Shown here: in pieces, positions 11,493 to 27,002 of the stretch
Layout: each line of letters begins with the position of its first letter
How positions within the stretch are numbered: position 1 is the first letter of the stretch
NCBI GenBank assembly: GCA_030295235.1
Contig: AP026138.1
Location: 806,001-870,000, forward strand
DNA length: 64,000 nucleotides
Origin: Fistulifera solaris
Taxonomy: Eukaryota
Direction of reading: 5' to 3'
The notes under the pieces: generated by a model
The model's input: only the letters and a program-made list of their open reading frames with translations
Databases searched by the model: none
What the model was told of the DNA's origin: nothing
Program-made: the position numbers and the translations under genes

Positions 11493-13712
11493 ATGGGACA
11501 GTCTCAGTCCTCTCACACTCAGGATATCCACAAAGCTTCTACTGCGAAGAAGTCTCTACCTGAAAGTGTGAGAGGACGGAAATCTGTCGAAAATTTGAAC
11601 AAACCAGCTCCGCAGCGCCTTCATTATGTGGTTCATGAAGGACACGTGCCGGACTTTGACGACACCTCGGTCGACCACTCGTCGTTCCAAGGTGATGATG
11701 ACTTTCATTTGTTTCATCACGATTTTCACAAAATTGCGCATCTCGAGGAACTCGAAGAGGTTACCGAAACAGACTCGGAAAGTGATTTCGAGGATAACGA
11801 GGGTAAGTCAGAAAGAAGGGCTTTGTTTTGGTTTGTTTCAATCTTAACTCAATTTCATTGTACTTCACAGAGGACGAAGAATGGGAGGAACGTCTCCGCA
11901 TTCTTGAGGATGCCCGCAAGATGAAGCAGGTAGCTGAATTCTTTCTTCATCCGGAACTTCCTGTGAAAGAAAGCGCCGATTGCAAGGCGCGCTGCTTCTT
12001 TGATCGCGTGAGTGCCCCTGAACGCTTGCCGGTCGAAGAGGCAGAAGAGCACAATCAGATCATGAAAGACCTCAAGATTTTGAAGCAAGCCGCTACAGCC
12101 TTTATGCATCCTGAACGCACCATCGAAACCACGGATCCAGCAGCATGTGCCCGCAATTACTTTTTCTCGTGCTTCGGCTCCTCCGCAAGAGAGCGTTAAA
12201 GAAGCCGAGGAGAAAGCTCAGGTCTTGAATGATATTGCTGCCTTGAAGATGCTCGCTGGTCATTTTATGCATCCGGAAGCTTCTTTGAAGACCACCGATG
12301 GTGCTGCTTTTGGTCGCAACTACTTTGCTCGCGCGTCTGCTCCGAATATGGAAAGTGCTGACGAAGCCGAGGAGCGTGCTCGCATTTTCGCAGATGCCAA
12401 GATGTTGAAGCGATTGGCTGTCGACTTCCTGCACCCTGAACTCCCTGTGGTTACTTCGGATGCTACGGCTTGCGGTCGCAATTACTTTAGCCGGGCTTCG
12501 GCACCTGAGTACGAAGATTCGGAGGCCGTTCAAGAGCGCGACACCGTGTTGGCTGAGGCTCGCGAGATGAAAAAGCTCGCTGGTCATTTCATGCACCCCG
12601 AGAACCCCGTTGTCGTGGACCCTGGTGCGTTTGGGCGCAATTACTTTTCTCGTGCTTCGGCTCCTCCGCAAGAAGATGCCGAAGACGCCGAAGAACGAGC
12701 TCACGTCATGGAAGACATTGCCGCTTTGAAGATGCTCGCGGGGCACTACATGCATCCAGAAGTCCCGGTCAAGACTACTGATGGTTCAGCGTTTGCTCGC
12801 AACTATTTCAACCGCGCGTCTGCTCCCATCATGGAAAGTGCTGACGAAGCCGAGGAGCGTGCTCGCATTTTCGCAGATGCCAAGATGTTGAAGCGATTGG
12901 CTGTCGACTTCCTGCACCCTGAACTCCCTGTGGTTACTTCGGATGCTACGGCTTGCGGTCGCAATTACTTTAGCCGGGCTTCGGCACCTGAGTACGAAGA
13001 TTCGGAGGCCGTTCAAGAGCGCGACGCCGTGTTGGCTGAGGCTCGCGAGATGAAAAAGCTCGCTGGTCATTTCATGCACCCCGAGAACCCCGTTGTCGTG
13101 GACCCTGGTGCGTTTGGGCGCAATTACTTTTCTCAAGCTTCAGCACCTTCGCAGGAAAATGCCGAAGATGCCGAGGAGCGAGCTCACATCATGGAAGACA
13201 TTGCCGCTTTGAAGATGCTCGCGGGGCACTACATGCATCCAGAAGTCCCGGTCAAGACTACTGATGGTTCAGCGTTTGCTCGCAACTATTTCAACCGCGC
13301 GTCTGCTCCCATCATGGAAAGTGCTGACGAAGCCGAGGAGCGTGCTCGCATTTTCGCAGATGCCAAGATGTTGAAGCGATTGGCTGTCGACTTCCTGCAC
13401 CCTGAACTACCTGTGGTTACTTCGGATGCTACGGCCTTAGGACGCAACTATTATGATCGCCCTGCTGCAACCGGTCACTTCGAAATGATCCATACCTTTG
13501 CCCCACATGATCACGACGAGTACCATGATGACGAACACGAGGAGCATTTTGGATGGGATGACGAGGCTCACTTGTTTGAAGACATTCGTCAGAACCTACA
13601 TGTGCCCTCTGGTACCACCGGAAAGCAGGGCCCGAAAGGAGATGACGAGAGCAATCTTTCGCGCTCCCCTTCTTCTGTCATGCTCTTTACAGGCGAATCC
13701 GCCTATGATTAG
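11493..13712 (+). CDS. Protein with ~10 tandem 53-54-aa HPE/GRNYF repeats; intron 11803-11870; apparent +1 indel near 12161
   Basis: Repeat F.HPE.PV...D..AFGRNYF.RASAP..E..E.AEERA. MGQSQS N-terminus suggests possible myristoylation. A 483-nt higher-order DNA repeat starts at 12348, 12831 and 13314. Confidence 0.85.
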
Positions 13713-13978
13713 TTTGTTGAAGCATCGCTTAGCTGTGGTACCGACGGCTGTGCTTCGACAACAACAAAACACAAAAATTTGTATATTTCAGCCGTCTGTA
13801 TTATTAGCTCATTAAATCTAAACGCTACATAAGATTATCTTACAAACAAGGCTTTTTTGTAACTTGATGATTAGCACCGACATTAACGAAGTCACGCAGA
13901 AGATATCTCGCACTACTTGAAAAATAGAAAGAATGCATGGTGTATCAGATGATGTACAAGTTTATTGATCGACTTTAT

Positions 13979-15254
13979 CTATAAGCACTGACACTCGTAA
14001 TCTTCTGGGAAAAAAGCGCGGAAGTAGTCGCATACGTCGGCCAACTGGTCATCTGGTTCAATCTTTGTTAGGATGAGGTACAATACCCCAGCCGTAGAAG
14101 ACGAAAGTCCGAGCAGGGAGAATGATATCCAAAAGAATCGTGTACAACAACTTCCTACGGGTCCACTGAGAAGTATGACACCGCCTAGAAAGCCAAAGAG
14201 GAAGCCCCCGACAAGCCCTGACCAGTCTATGTAGGTGAAGGCACTTAAGATGAAAACCAGTGCCATGCCACACATTGTAGAGCTGATTTGATCCACCCTT
14301 ACAAGGTCGTCGTATCGGTCATCCTTCAGGTCGAAAAGCGAAAGGGTAATAATTTCTGCCAATTTACCTCCAAACATCCCCATCAAAGCCCCTGAACTTC
14401 CAACGGCAATCGTGTCTTCGTCGAAGATCGTGGAACAAAATTGACACCCGACACTGCTCAGCAAGTAAATTACTAGCCAACGGAATGAACCCCATTCGCG
14501 CTCAAAAGAGCGACAGACTCGAGATGACAAAAGCCGTTGATGACGAGATGAAAAATCCCTACGCTGAGAAATGATGGAGTCACCAACCTCCACCATTCAT
14601 GTTCGCGGATCATGAGATACGAGTTCTTCCCGCCCCATTCGCTGAACGTTGATGGATAGGGTCCCAGAAAGCCATTGACATCAAATGGTGCCATACCACA
14701 TAATATCATTTGAATCACAAGAATGCAAATCTGTGTGGCGACCAGCAATATTGAAAGCACAGGAACGGATTGCCTTTTCGGATAATGGTCCTCGCCAGGA
14801 TCATGTAATAAGTTGAACGAGTCGTCTATTGTGAGATCTCTTGTCGATGCATAGGACCATGTACTCAGTGTTCCTGAGGGTTCTGGATGCAGAGGTGAAG
14901 GAGATTGTTCTTTTGCCATTGTGATGGAACTAGCGCATTACGTGATGTTTGCACTTTATCGATGGACTGCCCTTCCTCGTTTGCACCAACGCTGCCGCGA
15001 ACACGAGATTTTCGGTCTCGCCGTCCCTTCCCATAGGTGTCTTCACCGACGACAGTGCCGACTGTGGGTTCGGATGATATGTAAAGGCTTTCCTGAGCTT
15101 TGATGCCGTTGTATTTTCGAGACGATTCTTTCCGCGATTTCGCTGAGCTCTTACACCAATCTTCTTCTTCTGTTTGTAGCAAGGCCCTCTTTTTCTTCGC
15201 CCACATGCTTTTGCCTGATGGTTCCATCAGCTTATCTTGCATTAATCGAGGCAT
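13979..15254 (-). CDS. Rhomboid-family membrane protein (split by two apparent indels)
   Basis: N.FLGPYP..FSEWGGKN, EWWRLVTPSFL..GIFHL..N, FEREWG, IAVGSSGALMG, and TM6 DWSGLVGG, spread over three overlapping ORFs. Confidence 0.85.
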
Positions 15255-15811
15255 GATGTTCTATGGAAATTGTTTGCTAGCGTCTTTGATTTGAATCGGA
15301 AAGAGACGGCTGAACTTCCAAAGATCACTTCGAATATCCCAACAAACCTCTTCTTCTTTTGTTCTGTTCAGCCTCTACGTTTGGCGCAATGAGTAATCTT
15401 AGAGCAGAATAAAAGCGTTCTTTGTATTTTGACGACTTCTTTTCCGTGTCAATGAAATCGCCGATCAGTGCCGCTTTTCCTTTCCTCGGCTGGCGCAACA
15501 ACCTCGGTATTTAGAGATCCGGTACCTGAATTACTAAGTAAAATCTAAGACAAAACTAAACTGGCTTTTGAAGAGTTATGTAAAGTACGAGTTTAGTACA
15601 TAGTATGCTAGAATATTGACTCTGCTCATAAAAGTATTACTTAGTCACCCGGATACTCGGGTCGCCGGCGAAAAAGAAAGAAAACCAAAAAGAAAAGAAA
15701 AAGCCATCGATCATCGATCATTTATTATTTGATGACAAATAATATAGCATACGAACAGCCGTTGCCCCATCTAAGCAGGTTGAACACATTGTCCAACATT
15801 AATAAGCCGCA

Positions 15812-16683
15812 ATGAACGAAAAAGGGATCCGTCGACTTATCATTTGCGTTACGCTACTCTTTTCTTTCAACGTGCTCTCCTACGCTTTTACTCCATCGCG
15901 TCATGCCCGACTTGTGACTTCCACTTTTCGTCATGGCCGTTCTACAATAAAGCCAACGTCTATTTACACTGAGAAACCTTCCTTTAGGCACGTTCTTTAT
16001 TCTAAAAACGACGATGAGAGCGTTACACCTTTTGATTATCGAATCACCGTCACCATGGTGGGAGGTCAGAGTTTACTCATTTTGGGTTCACTTGTGATCG
16101 CGTTGCTTGTAGGAACTCCCAATTTCGGCTTCGGTCCCGGTATAGCTTTTAGCTGGAATGCTATCAAGATTGGGGCTTTGTATACTATACCTCTCTTTGT
16201 ATTGGCATTCGTTCTTGACAAAGTAGAAGCCCGCTTTCCGGCTTTACAGGATGTCTCCAAGGCCACACAACGTAGTGTTCTGGCGCTATTGGGCGGAGAA
16301 TTAAGACCGCTTTTGCCTTCACTACGGCATTGGCATTGGGTCTTGCAGCCGGTTTTGGTGAAGAAATGTTATTTCGGGGCATTTTGCAATACGAGCTCGC
16401 CGGACGCTGCGGAACAATATTGGCTGTATTATTATCCAGCATCATCTTTGGAGCCTTGCACGCGGTCACTCGACTGTATGCTTTTTTGGCCTGTATTGCA
16501 TCTTTGTATTTTGGGTGGCTTTACATTGTAAGCAGCAATCTGGCTGTTCCGATTGCGTGTCACGCTTTCTACGACGTCGTTGCGTTGCTCATTGCCCATT
16601 GGACAGTTTCCAAAATGACCGAGGCCGAACAACGAGAGATCGCCATGTGGTCAGGTCCTACTAATAAAGCTAATACCGATTGA
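15812..16683 (+). CDS. CPBP/Abi (CAAX type II) intramembrane metalloprotease, plastid-type presequence; apparent indel near 16315
   Basis: GFGEEMLFRG, FGALH and HAFYD motifs. Signal peptide ending SYA-F. Confidence 0.88.
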
Positions 16684-16784
16684 AATAACAACTTTAACTA
16701 ACTGACAAGATGATTCTACTTCGTAGCATTTATACGAGCAGATGCGTTGACTTTCGCGACCGAGGAAGCTCTAATGACTTTCTT

Positions 16785-17417
16785 TCACAAAATGACGCAG
16801 CATCCACCTTCTGCTCCACCCGCTCGTTTATACTGCTTGCGATATCCTTCCAAGTACAACAACTGTTTTTCATTAATGGCGCCTCGACGACGTTCCCGGA
16901 TGTACGAGACCGCTTCGACTGGATCCATGCCTCCAAATTCAATCAAAGCGATAGCAACCATTTGCGGTGCACGTCCGAGACCCGCCACACAATGAACAGC
17001 GATGCAAGCATTGTCACCAGCACCCTGAAAGAAGGTTTTGTCGACCAGCTGCAACCACGCCATGATGATTTCTTTCGAGGGAGACGTGCCATCTTTAAAT
17101 TCCATCTCATGAAGCCTAATTCCGGCATTGGTGAGCTCCTCTGATTTATAAGTAGGTTCACAATAACGCACAATATCGGTAACGTGATGCTTTCGCAGCT
17201 TTTTGATATACAAATGAAGGTTTCCTTGTCGCGGGGCATCCATAATCAAGAATCTCATTTGCTTGACTTCAATAAAAGTCGGCTCCGTGCCGATCGTCAT
17301 GGCATTCGCCATCATAACACCGTTTCCCTTTTGTTTCTTGGCAGAATTATTAATAGAAGCTCCAGGGCGAGAAATCGCTTGTACGTTCACTGGCTGTTCG
17401 AGATGTTCCGTTCCCAT
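16785..17417 (-). CDS. PTP4A: PRL/PTP4A-type prenylated protein tyrosine phosphatase
   Basis: RFLIMDAP, HCVAGLGRAP, IRERRRGAIN.KQ, and C-terminal CAAX box CCVIL. Confidence 0.93.
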   Translation of the reverse strand: MGTEHLEQPVNVQAISRPGASINNSAKKQKGNGVMMANAMTIGTEPTFIEVKQMRFLIMDAPRQGNLHLYIKKLRKHHVTDIVRYCEPTYKSEELTNAGIRLHEMEFKDGTSPSKEIIMAWLQLVDKTFFQGAGDNACIAVHCVAGLGRAPQMVAIALIEFGGMDPVEAVSYIRERRRGAINEKQLLYLEGYRKQYKRAGGAEGGCCVIL

Positions 17418-18081
17418 TTAGTTTCACAAACCAGCAAACAAGCTAGTCAGTCACTGCAGCAGTAGGTTATTGATAAAAGTAGTCAAGCGGCTCAAAAATA
17501 GATAAAAAGAAAAGAGTAGCACGAGAGAAGACACTACCCCGGCTTATCCTTGCTGCACACCAACAAATTGCACAGCTGCGTTAGTAGTCGCCCAATCCCG
17601 GGCGGGGCAGTCGATTTGATAATAGCGCACAGAATGGTGACGCAAAGAGTCCAACACAAAGTTGTTTGCTGATGAATTTGTGAAAGTGGCAAACAACCCA
17701 ACGAGCTGCAAAAAGACGGCGTTTTGTAATGCAACGCTGGATGCGCGGCAGCGCAACGCGTGAAAAAAAACCGATGGCAGTCGGAAGCGAGCGTCGTGGC
17801 AGGTTTGTAGCAGCGAGCGACGGCGACGAAAAGTCACGGAGTAATCGCCAGTTTGTCCGACCTACACGTGGATTTATACTATGAAACGTGAAAAACGCTT
17901 CATGCCGTAGTGTTAAGTACCGTCAAATGGAAGTATCGAACAAAAAGAACAACGGGACGGCGTGTGGTGTGGACGTGTGTGACGCAAGTCAGTCACGAAA
18001 TGTCACAGTTACTTGACTCGGAAAGAGCGGCTATTGTAGCCATCAGCTATCAGGACTGGGATCATAAAAACTATAAATGAT

Positions 18082-19260
18082 TTACGACAAAAGACCAACA
18101 AAAGGGAAGACAGCGTCCGGCATTGCTGCAAAATGGTCTTGTCGTTCTTCCATCAATATCTGATAAATATCGTAGGCACTAGTGACTCCTGTTAACACTA
18201 GAGCCGTAAACATTCCTGAATCGTTTCCAAATTGAATGTCGGTATCCAGACGATCGCCAATCATCATGGTGCGACTCAGATTCAAGCCATGTTCGCTCTC
18301 TATTAGTGCGGCCAACGTCCGACTTGGTTTGCCGACATTCACCGCCACTCGACTTGATGCACACTCCAGAGATTGAACAAGAGAGCCATTTCCGGGAATA
18401 CGCAGCGCACCAGTTCCCACCAAGTCATACGCATCGCGATTGGTTGCCACGAACAGTGCGTCAGGGTTGTGTTGCAGAATGACAGTAGCAATGGTTAATT
18501 TTCGAAACGAAAATGTGGGATCATGTCCCACGACAACTGCATCAATATCTTTTGGAAATTCGTATCGCATCATGTCATCTCGATCCATGAAATGTGGCTC
18601 ATTAGCTGGTGTAGTCACCACGTTGAAGCCAGCACTTCGCAATTCGTCGCATAACCCCGGTGAACCAATCACATAGACACGAGTCCCTTTCTCAAGATGC
18701 TGTCGCAGGTAGCATGCTGCAGCGTAGGCACACCCTACCATTTGTGCATCCTTTAATAGTGATTCATCAACGCGCAACATTTGTATCAATTTGTGACGCA
18801 ATTCCGATCGACTGCTCGACGCATTGTTGGTGACAAAGAACACTTGTTTCCCTTGCCGTTGGAGCGATTCAATGCATTCTCGTGCCCCCGGAACCACATC
18901 CGGTGATCGATATAGTACACCATCACAGTCAAATAAAATATGATCGATGTGTTCCTGAACATAGTCGCGTATTTCATTCCGAGTCGTCCATAATTTCGGT
19001 AAGTATTGGTGTTTCATCTTCTCAGTGTTGTTGAGTGACGAGAACAGTGCTTGTAAGCGAACCATTTCGTCTTCCGATTGTTCTTGAATTTGTTGAGCAT
19101 TATTGTGAATGCTTCTACTGTCTTGATAAGTTCCAGGACGAATCGGTGTTGTGTTAAAACGATATCGACAGACCCTTTCGGAACGGCATTTTGTCCTGGA
19201 AAGAAATGTGCGGTAGAAAACGGCTGCCATTGGTCTATCGAACCAACGTGCACGAATCAC
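18082..19260 (-). CDS. HAD subfamily IIA phosphatase (phosphoglycolate/4-nitrophenyl phosphatase-like) with targeting presequence
   Basis: FDCDGVLY, FVTNN, VATNRD, VGKPS, MIGDRLDTDI.FG, LVLTGVT. Confidence 0.9.
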   Translation of the reverse strand: MIRARWFDRPMAAVFYRTFLSRTKCRSERVCRYRFNTTPIRPGTYQDSRSIHNNAQQIQEQSEDEMVRLQALFSSLNNTEKMKHQYLPKLWTTRNEIRDYVQEHIDHILFDCDGVLYRSPDVVPGARECIESLQRQGKQVFFVTNNASSSRSELRHKLIQMLRVDESLLKDAQMVGCAYAAACYLRQHLEKGTRVYVIGSPGLCDELRSAGFNVVTTPANEPHFMDRDDMMRYEFPKDIDAVVVGHDPTFSFRKLTIATVILQHNPDALFVATNRDAYDLVGTGALRIPGNGSLVQSLECASSRVAVNVGKPSRTLAALIESEHGLNLSRTMMIGDRLDTDIQFGNDSGMFTALVLTGVTSAYDIYQILMEERQDHFAAMPDAVFPFVGLLS

Positions 19261-19762
19261 TACTAAAAGGAAACGCGATATTTTTGGTAATTATACTCCA
19301 GCGATTGCTGGGAGGAAGACAATGATGTACCAAGGGCGCACACGCACAAACGCAATAAAAATCGTTAGTTAGATCATGACTGAACTTCAGTCTTGGATTA
19401 TGTCTACTACACAGCAGTGAGGCTATAGTAAATTCTGGTTGGTAAAAAGCGGGGCGACTTTTCGAGGCAATGCTTTAGTCGTAATGATAAATGCATCACC
19501 AACGTTCTAGATTTGTTTCCAAACTAGTCTTAATTCATTAAAATGGCATGTAAGACTTTTATGTAATCATGACTCTCTTTACTGCGTTCCTAAACCTAGA
19601 AAAACGCTTTTTCCCAGTAACCGAGCTGACCAAGTCCCATGTGGACCTAAATTCGCCCCAGCAACACGCGCTTTCAGTTCTAATTTTCAAGCAAAATAGA
19701 TCTCAGTATCTTCTTTACAATAAATAACTTTTCTTTGCTTATCAGTATGGAATACAATTAGA

Positions 19763-20691
19763 CTACAATTCATCCATCGCTTGATCCTTTACCACACCTA
19801 CATGACAGATATGATCCAGGACACGAGGCAATGCCACCTGCAGACTCTGACTTGCTGCCAGCAAATTCGCCAAGAATTCGTCTTGTGTCGGATGTTCTCC
19901 ATCCACAATATCTGTCACTACTTTGAGGCCCAAAAATGGCGTATCAAACAATTTACAACTCCACGCAATCGCGGCCGCTTCCATATCTTTGACAGCCGCA
20001 TCATTCGCCAGCATGTGCTTGTCGTCTTCTTCCGTCTTATCGAGCGAATTACCGGTGGTACAGACACCTAGTTTGTATTCTAGTTCGAGTGCCAACACTT
20101 CGGCGGTTGTGAAATCCCCATGTCGACTGGTATCGAGTTTACCAATGCCGTAGGGAACAAAATCGGGAATCGGAATACGCCGATCGTGATGTGCGACACC
20201 TGTCACAACAAAGACGTTTCCAACTTCAGCGCCTTTGCGTCGAAAACCACCGCACGTTCCGGCGTTGATGAGAATATCGGTTTCGGGTAACTTTTGCAAG
20301 GCCAGAAAGGTGGCCAAAGCCGCTGGTACCGTACCCACATTGTCGACACCGGTCTCGTGAACAGTATCTTTGCCATTGGTAATGACAGTGACGGTGCAGT
20401 CACCGTGGGGGCCTTGATACGCCTGAAAGGGGTGTATTGGAGGGAAAGAAATCGGCGACTAATTTCAACTGGAGATGCTGAATGAAAGGAGCCGCTTCGG
20501 CTTCCATGGCAATCGCGACAATGACACTATAGAAATGTGCGTGTTACATGTGTGAGTGAATATTGACTTAAAAGAAACGGAGAAAATAACACAAAAATTG
20601 TAGAAAGCGCATCTATGCAGAGTCATGAAGCAACGGAGTATCTTTTTCTCTTTTACATTACGGCCGCGTTGACTCACTTTTTAACGGGCAT
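19763..20691 (-). CDS. MTN: 5'-methylthioadenosine/S-adenosylhomocysteine nucleosidase (intron 20527-20677)
   Basis: Spliced MPVKNVIVAIAMEAEA...GVDNVGTVPA...INAGTCGGF...KDMEAAA...KVVTDIVDG. Confidence 0.92.
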
Positions 20692-21730
20692 TGTTTTCGA
20701 GATGGTAGTAGCACCTGTATTGTGAGCAAATAATGTAACAAAGACAAAAAGGAATGCAGTAGATAAGCGTTGCAATGAAAAAGATAGCATTGTTGTTTGT
20801 TTGTGATGTGTTGTTCTTCGACAACAATAAAAGCGCGCGTCGGCATTTTTTCGCTTTGCGACGCAACGACGCGTTCCACAGCCTTCCCTGGAATGCGGTA
20901 CTCGAATATGATGTGAAGTGTAGATTACCTTTTTCCCGGTACTAAAAAATGAGCCACGTGTTCGTCGTCCGAGTGACTGTTTCACGAAACAGTCAGTCAC
21001 GCGGCGCAACGTGTATTATACTCCGTATTGCTTTTGCTTTTTGTTTTTATTGACTTTGAAGATAGAAGCTATCGTAGTACCTGTAGACGCTACAACCTTC
21101 AAGAGCAGCCCATTTTCTTCGTTTTTACTCTATCGAACAACAACGGGGATGAAACTTTGGTTTACGTTGTGGATCATCGCAACAGTCGATTCTTTTTCAA
21201 TCTCGTCTCCCCGCCGACAACCGTATCAGCAACAACAATCAGTTTACAGAAAGAAAAATGCTTCTCGTTTACATATGACATCATCCAGCACAAAATCTCC
21301 CAATTTCTCATCCACGGATCCCTTCCAAATACTCGGAATTGACCCAACAGCGGATGCACAAGCCATCAAACGGGCCTACAAGAAATTAGCCTTCCAATAT
21401 CATCCCGACATGGTTACAACCAAAGACTCCACGGCCGAAGAAAAGCGCAAAGCTTCCGATCAATTTGCAAAAATCAATGCTGCCTATGAAGCGTTAGCGG
21501 GAAAGACCGGGCGGACGAGTACGAGTAGTAGCACTTCTGGCAATTCCAAAGACAACACGAATAATAACTCCTGGACACCACCCCATCGACGTACCAGTTC
21601 GACCGCCTCTTCGTCCTCTACAAACTGGAAAGATTATATACCCTACTCAACGGTTGAGGATGAAAAGTACGACGCGGGAGGTGATTCGTTTGGCGCTATT
21701 TTGCGGATCTCTTTGCCGGAGCCTCCAGTT

Positions 21731-24095
<2,365 letters not shown>

Positions 24096-26926
24096 GAGGC
24101 CGGTCAATCACTTAAGAATCCAGAACTTATTAGCAGCATGTCTTAATCGCACCCGCAAATTCCTTAGATTTGAATTCGGGAAGGAGAATAGCGATAGAGG
24201 TCGGTGCAAGTGGCTATCAAACAAGAAGCATTGTGAATTGCTGGTCGTCTCGAGTGTACCACCACGCCCCAAGATTATTTTTTATCCAAGAATGCCGAGG
24301 CAAACTTATACGCTATTTTAACTCCAGGTGTTTTGCGCAAACCCTGATCTTGCATTATGCTTCTTGTTTTTTTATTGTTTGCCGCCCATAATCTAAAAAT
24401 AAGCTCCCATGTCCCATCGAACCGAACATCGGCTATTAAAGTAAAGCAGATATGAGCTGTTCGGATTATATGCCACCAGCCACACAAAGGTATAACAAAA
24501 CGAATCGTTAGGCGAAAGCAGATTCGAGCGCATATAGTTCCCAATAATCAGTTTAGCTCGTGACACAAGACATCGTTCGTGATTCTTTGGCGTTTCAGAA
24601 AAATTAGACCTTCCTCCTCCCTTGATTGAGAGCGGCGTGAAAGCGCTTCGATTCAAGAATCAAGATGAACACCATGATATCTCTCAGGCTATCATGGTGG
24701 ACAATGTCACAAGATGATCGAATATGTGTGGGCATAATCGACTTTATCGCCGCTCCCGCGCGCATTGACAAAAGCATCAAGGAGCAACGCCATCGCTTCT
24801 TTTGAATCAACCTCACCAAGACGGAGATTCTCTCTCGTTATAAGTTATGCACAACTCACGGAGATCAGCAGCAGTGGTATGACGAGGGTCGCGTCCGTTG
24901 TAAGTCTACTGTCCGATGTAACAATCTCGGCGTTCACTTGCCATGGGGAGACGTCATCCTTTTTTTATCCTTTTGGATACATCTAGCTAATGCAATCGTT
25001 CACACGCTCGCGTCTAGGCTGAAAATCTTTATGGGGCATGTTGCTCGAGTCGACTCACGCGTATTTTGCACCTGCTTAGCGCGGCTCAAAGCTTATGCGC
25101 TGGGTGGATTGCCAACTGACCGGAGACATTATTACCAAATGAAAGAGGGCCGCCCGCCGCGTCCACCTGCGCGCGTTACGCGGACCAATATTTATCAAAA
25201 GAGACCGTAGTAACATTTTGTTTCGTCGCCTAGTATACTCCATGAATGTATCAATATTCTGAGAGAAGAGTCCGTAGGGCACCGCACCGAGCTTTCGGTT
25301 CACAAAGGAGACCTGCATTTTAAAGTCTCCATTAAAGCGGTGGAAACATATCGGCGATGTGCGGCCATATTTCCGCAAACTCATATCTAATTCTTGCCAC
25401 ACAGCAATGTTTGTTGTGCCCTTTGGTGGCTCTCGAAAGTAAGATATTCATCCTTGTCGTGTTGACACAAGGAATTGGCATCAAGTCCTGCTTGCGTTCG
25501 ACGGCCATTTCCAGCCTTTCGGTATCCAATGTGGACAAAAGCGTGTGCCATTTTTGAATCAAGTCTTCGCCTCCGTTGTAGTACCCTATTTTTGCAATAA
25601 AGTTCTCGACGATTGTTCCAGTTGGGTGAATTGTTGATCTACCAGTTGGGTATGTTGTTGATCTGTCGCCGGAGGAGTGGTAAACTTAAAGGCCGTGCAT
25701 TAATTCGAAGATAACAAGGCAGGGCTACATCAAAACAATTATAGCTCCGTTTGCTCTTTTTTAACGATGAAGAGTTCTAACAAATCCATTTTCGGGATAA
25801 TATGCGCTGTATCTTCGTTGCCTTAGTCTACTTGCAATCATTATTATTTTTTGTTGATTCATGCATTCAAACACTCATTCGAATCTCAGCAGCTACCGCA
25901 CTTTTCCATCAAGATCAAGCACAAAAGATGAAATAATTTGCTACTGCGCTTCTCTAACGAGTGATTGCAAAAGCTACGAGAAGATATGTGTTTCATCGAC
26001 ATCAATGGCAACTGGCAACCTTGATTACTCCGTATTGTACAAGTACACGTATTATTTTTTTTCTCCATCGTGCGCGGGAGGGGGAACAGAACGTCTATAG
26101 CACAAAAGTGTACTTTCCAATGTAGTATAGACTAAAGTGATGGTTTACGCCACCATGACACGACTCTCCTCGGTTTGAATCGCGACGAGGAAAACGATGG
26201 ACACCGAAAATGTTTACACATAGTCTAGCTCTTAAACATAAATGTAAACATGCACAATAGAAGATAATGGGTTAGCTAATTATTTCAGTTGAAATGCTTC
26301 ATAGCAATTTTTTGGGCGTCGAAAAGCTTCTCAGAATTAATTTTCCATTTTTGACTATAGGCTTAAGTGTGTGCTCTACTTTTCCACGACTGGATTTGAG
26401 TCATAATCCTTACCATGAGGGTTGCAATGACAACACATAGCTCCACGAACGGAAATAAGAACATGCAATGATGTTGAAGGCATTGAACTAGCGATCCGTA
26501 TTCTTTGAGATGCACTATTGCATTTATTGCGTGGGAAGGCTTCGACATCCTTTTACACTTTGATTTACTATAACCCCAAAGTGAAGGCGACCTTTGTCAC
26601 GACTGGATTAAGTCATGAGTCGTTGCAATAGATTCAAGCGAGGAAAGCCCCCTTGCTACTTCTCGTCAAGTGACTCTGATTTTTCATTTTATCTAGAACT
26701 TTTTAATTCCTTCTTGGTCGAACTGAAATAGATCCACTAAGGAGCACGGTGAATGGCAGATGATGTCGTACATCGTACAACGAAGATGAGCTATCGAGAT
26801 CGACTCACTTTTCCGTCGTCACATAGGTTATAGGCTTCAGCAACGGCTTCATTTGTTTACGATTTACGATAAACAAAAATAAAGCGGCGACAAATGGAAT
26901 CCAGAACCCGCAAAAGACCAAAGAGG

Positions 26927-27002
26927 CAATGCTTCGATTGTCTACGTGGTTTTCACGTAGGCCTGGTAGGGAAATTTATCGACAGAGGGGGTACCCGGAT
27001 AC
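26927..27002 (-). repeat. Solitary inverted copy of the ~80-bp core of the 5720-6995 array
   Basis: Reverse complement reads GTATCCGGGTACCCCCTCTGTCGATAAATTTCCCTACCAGGCCTACGTGAAAACCACGTAGACAATCGAAGCATTG. Confidence 0.85.

Noticed and set aside
2287..20691. A metabolic gene cluster among neighbouring enzymes (Ldh_2, GatA, HAD phosphatase, MTN)
   Set aside because: The functions are unrelated housekeeping roles, and adjacency is expected in a compact diatom genome.
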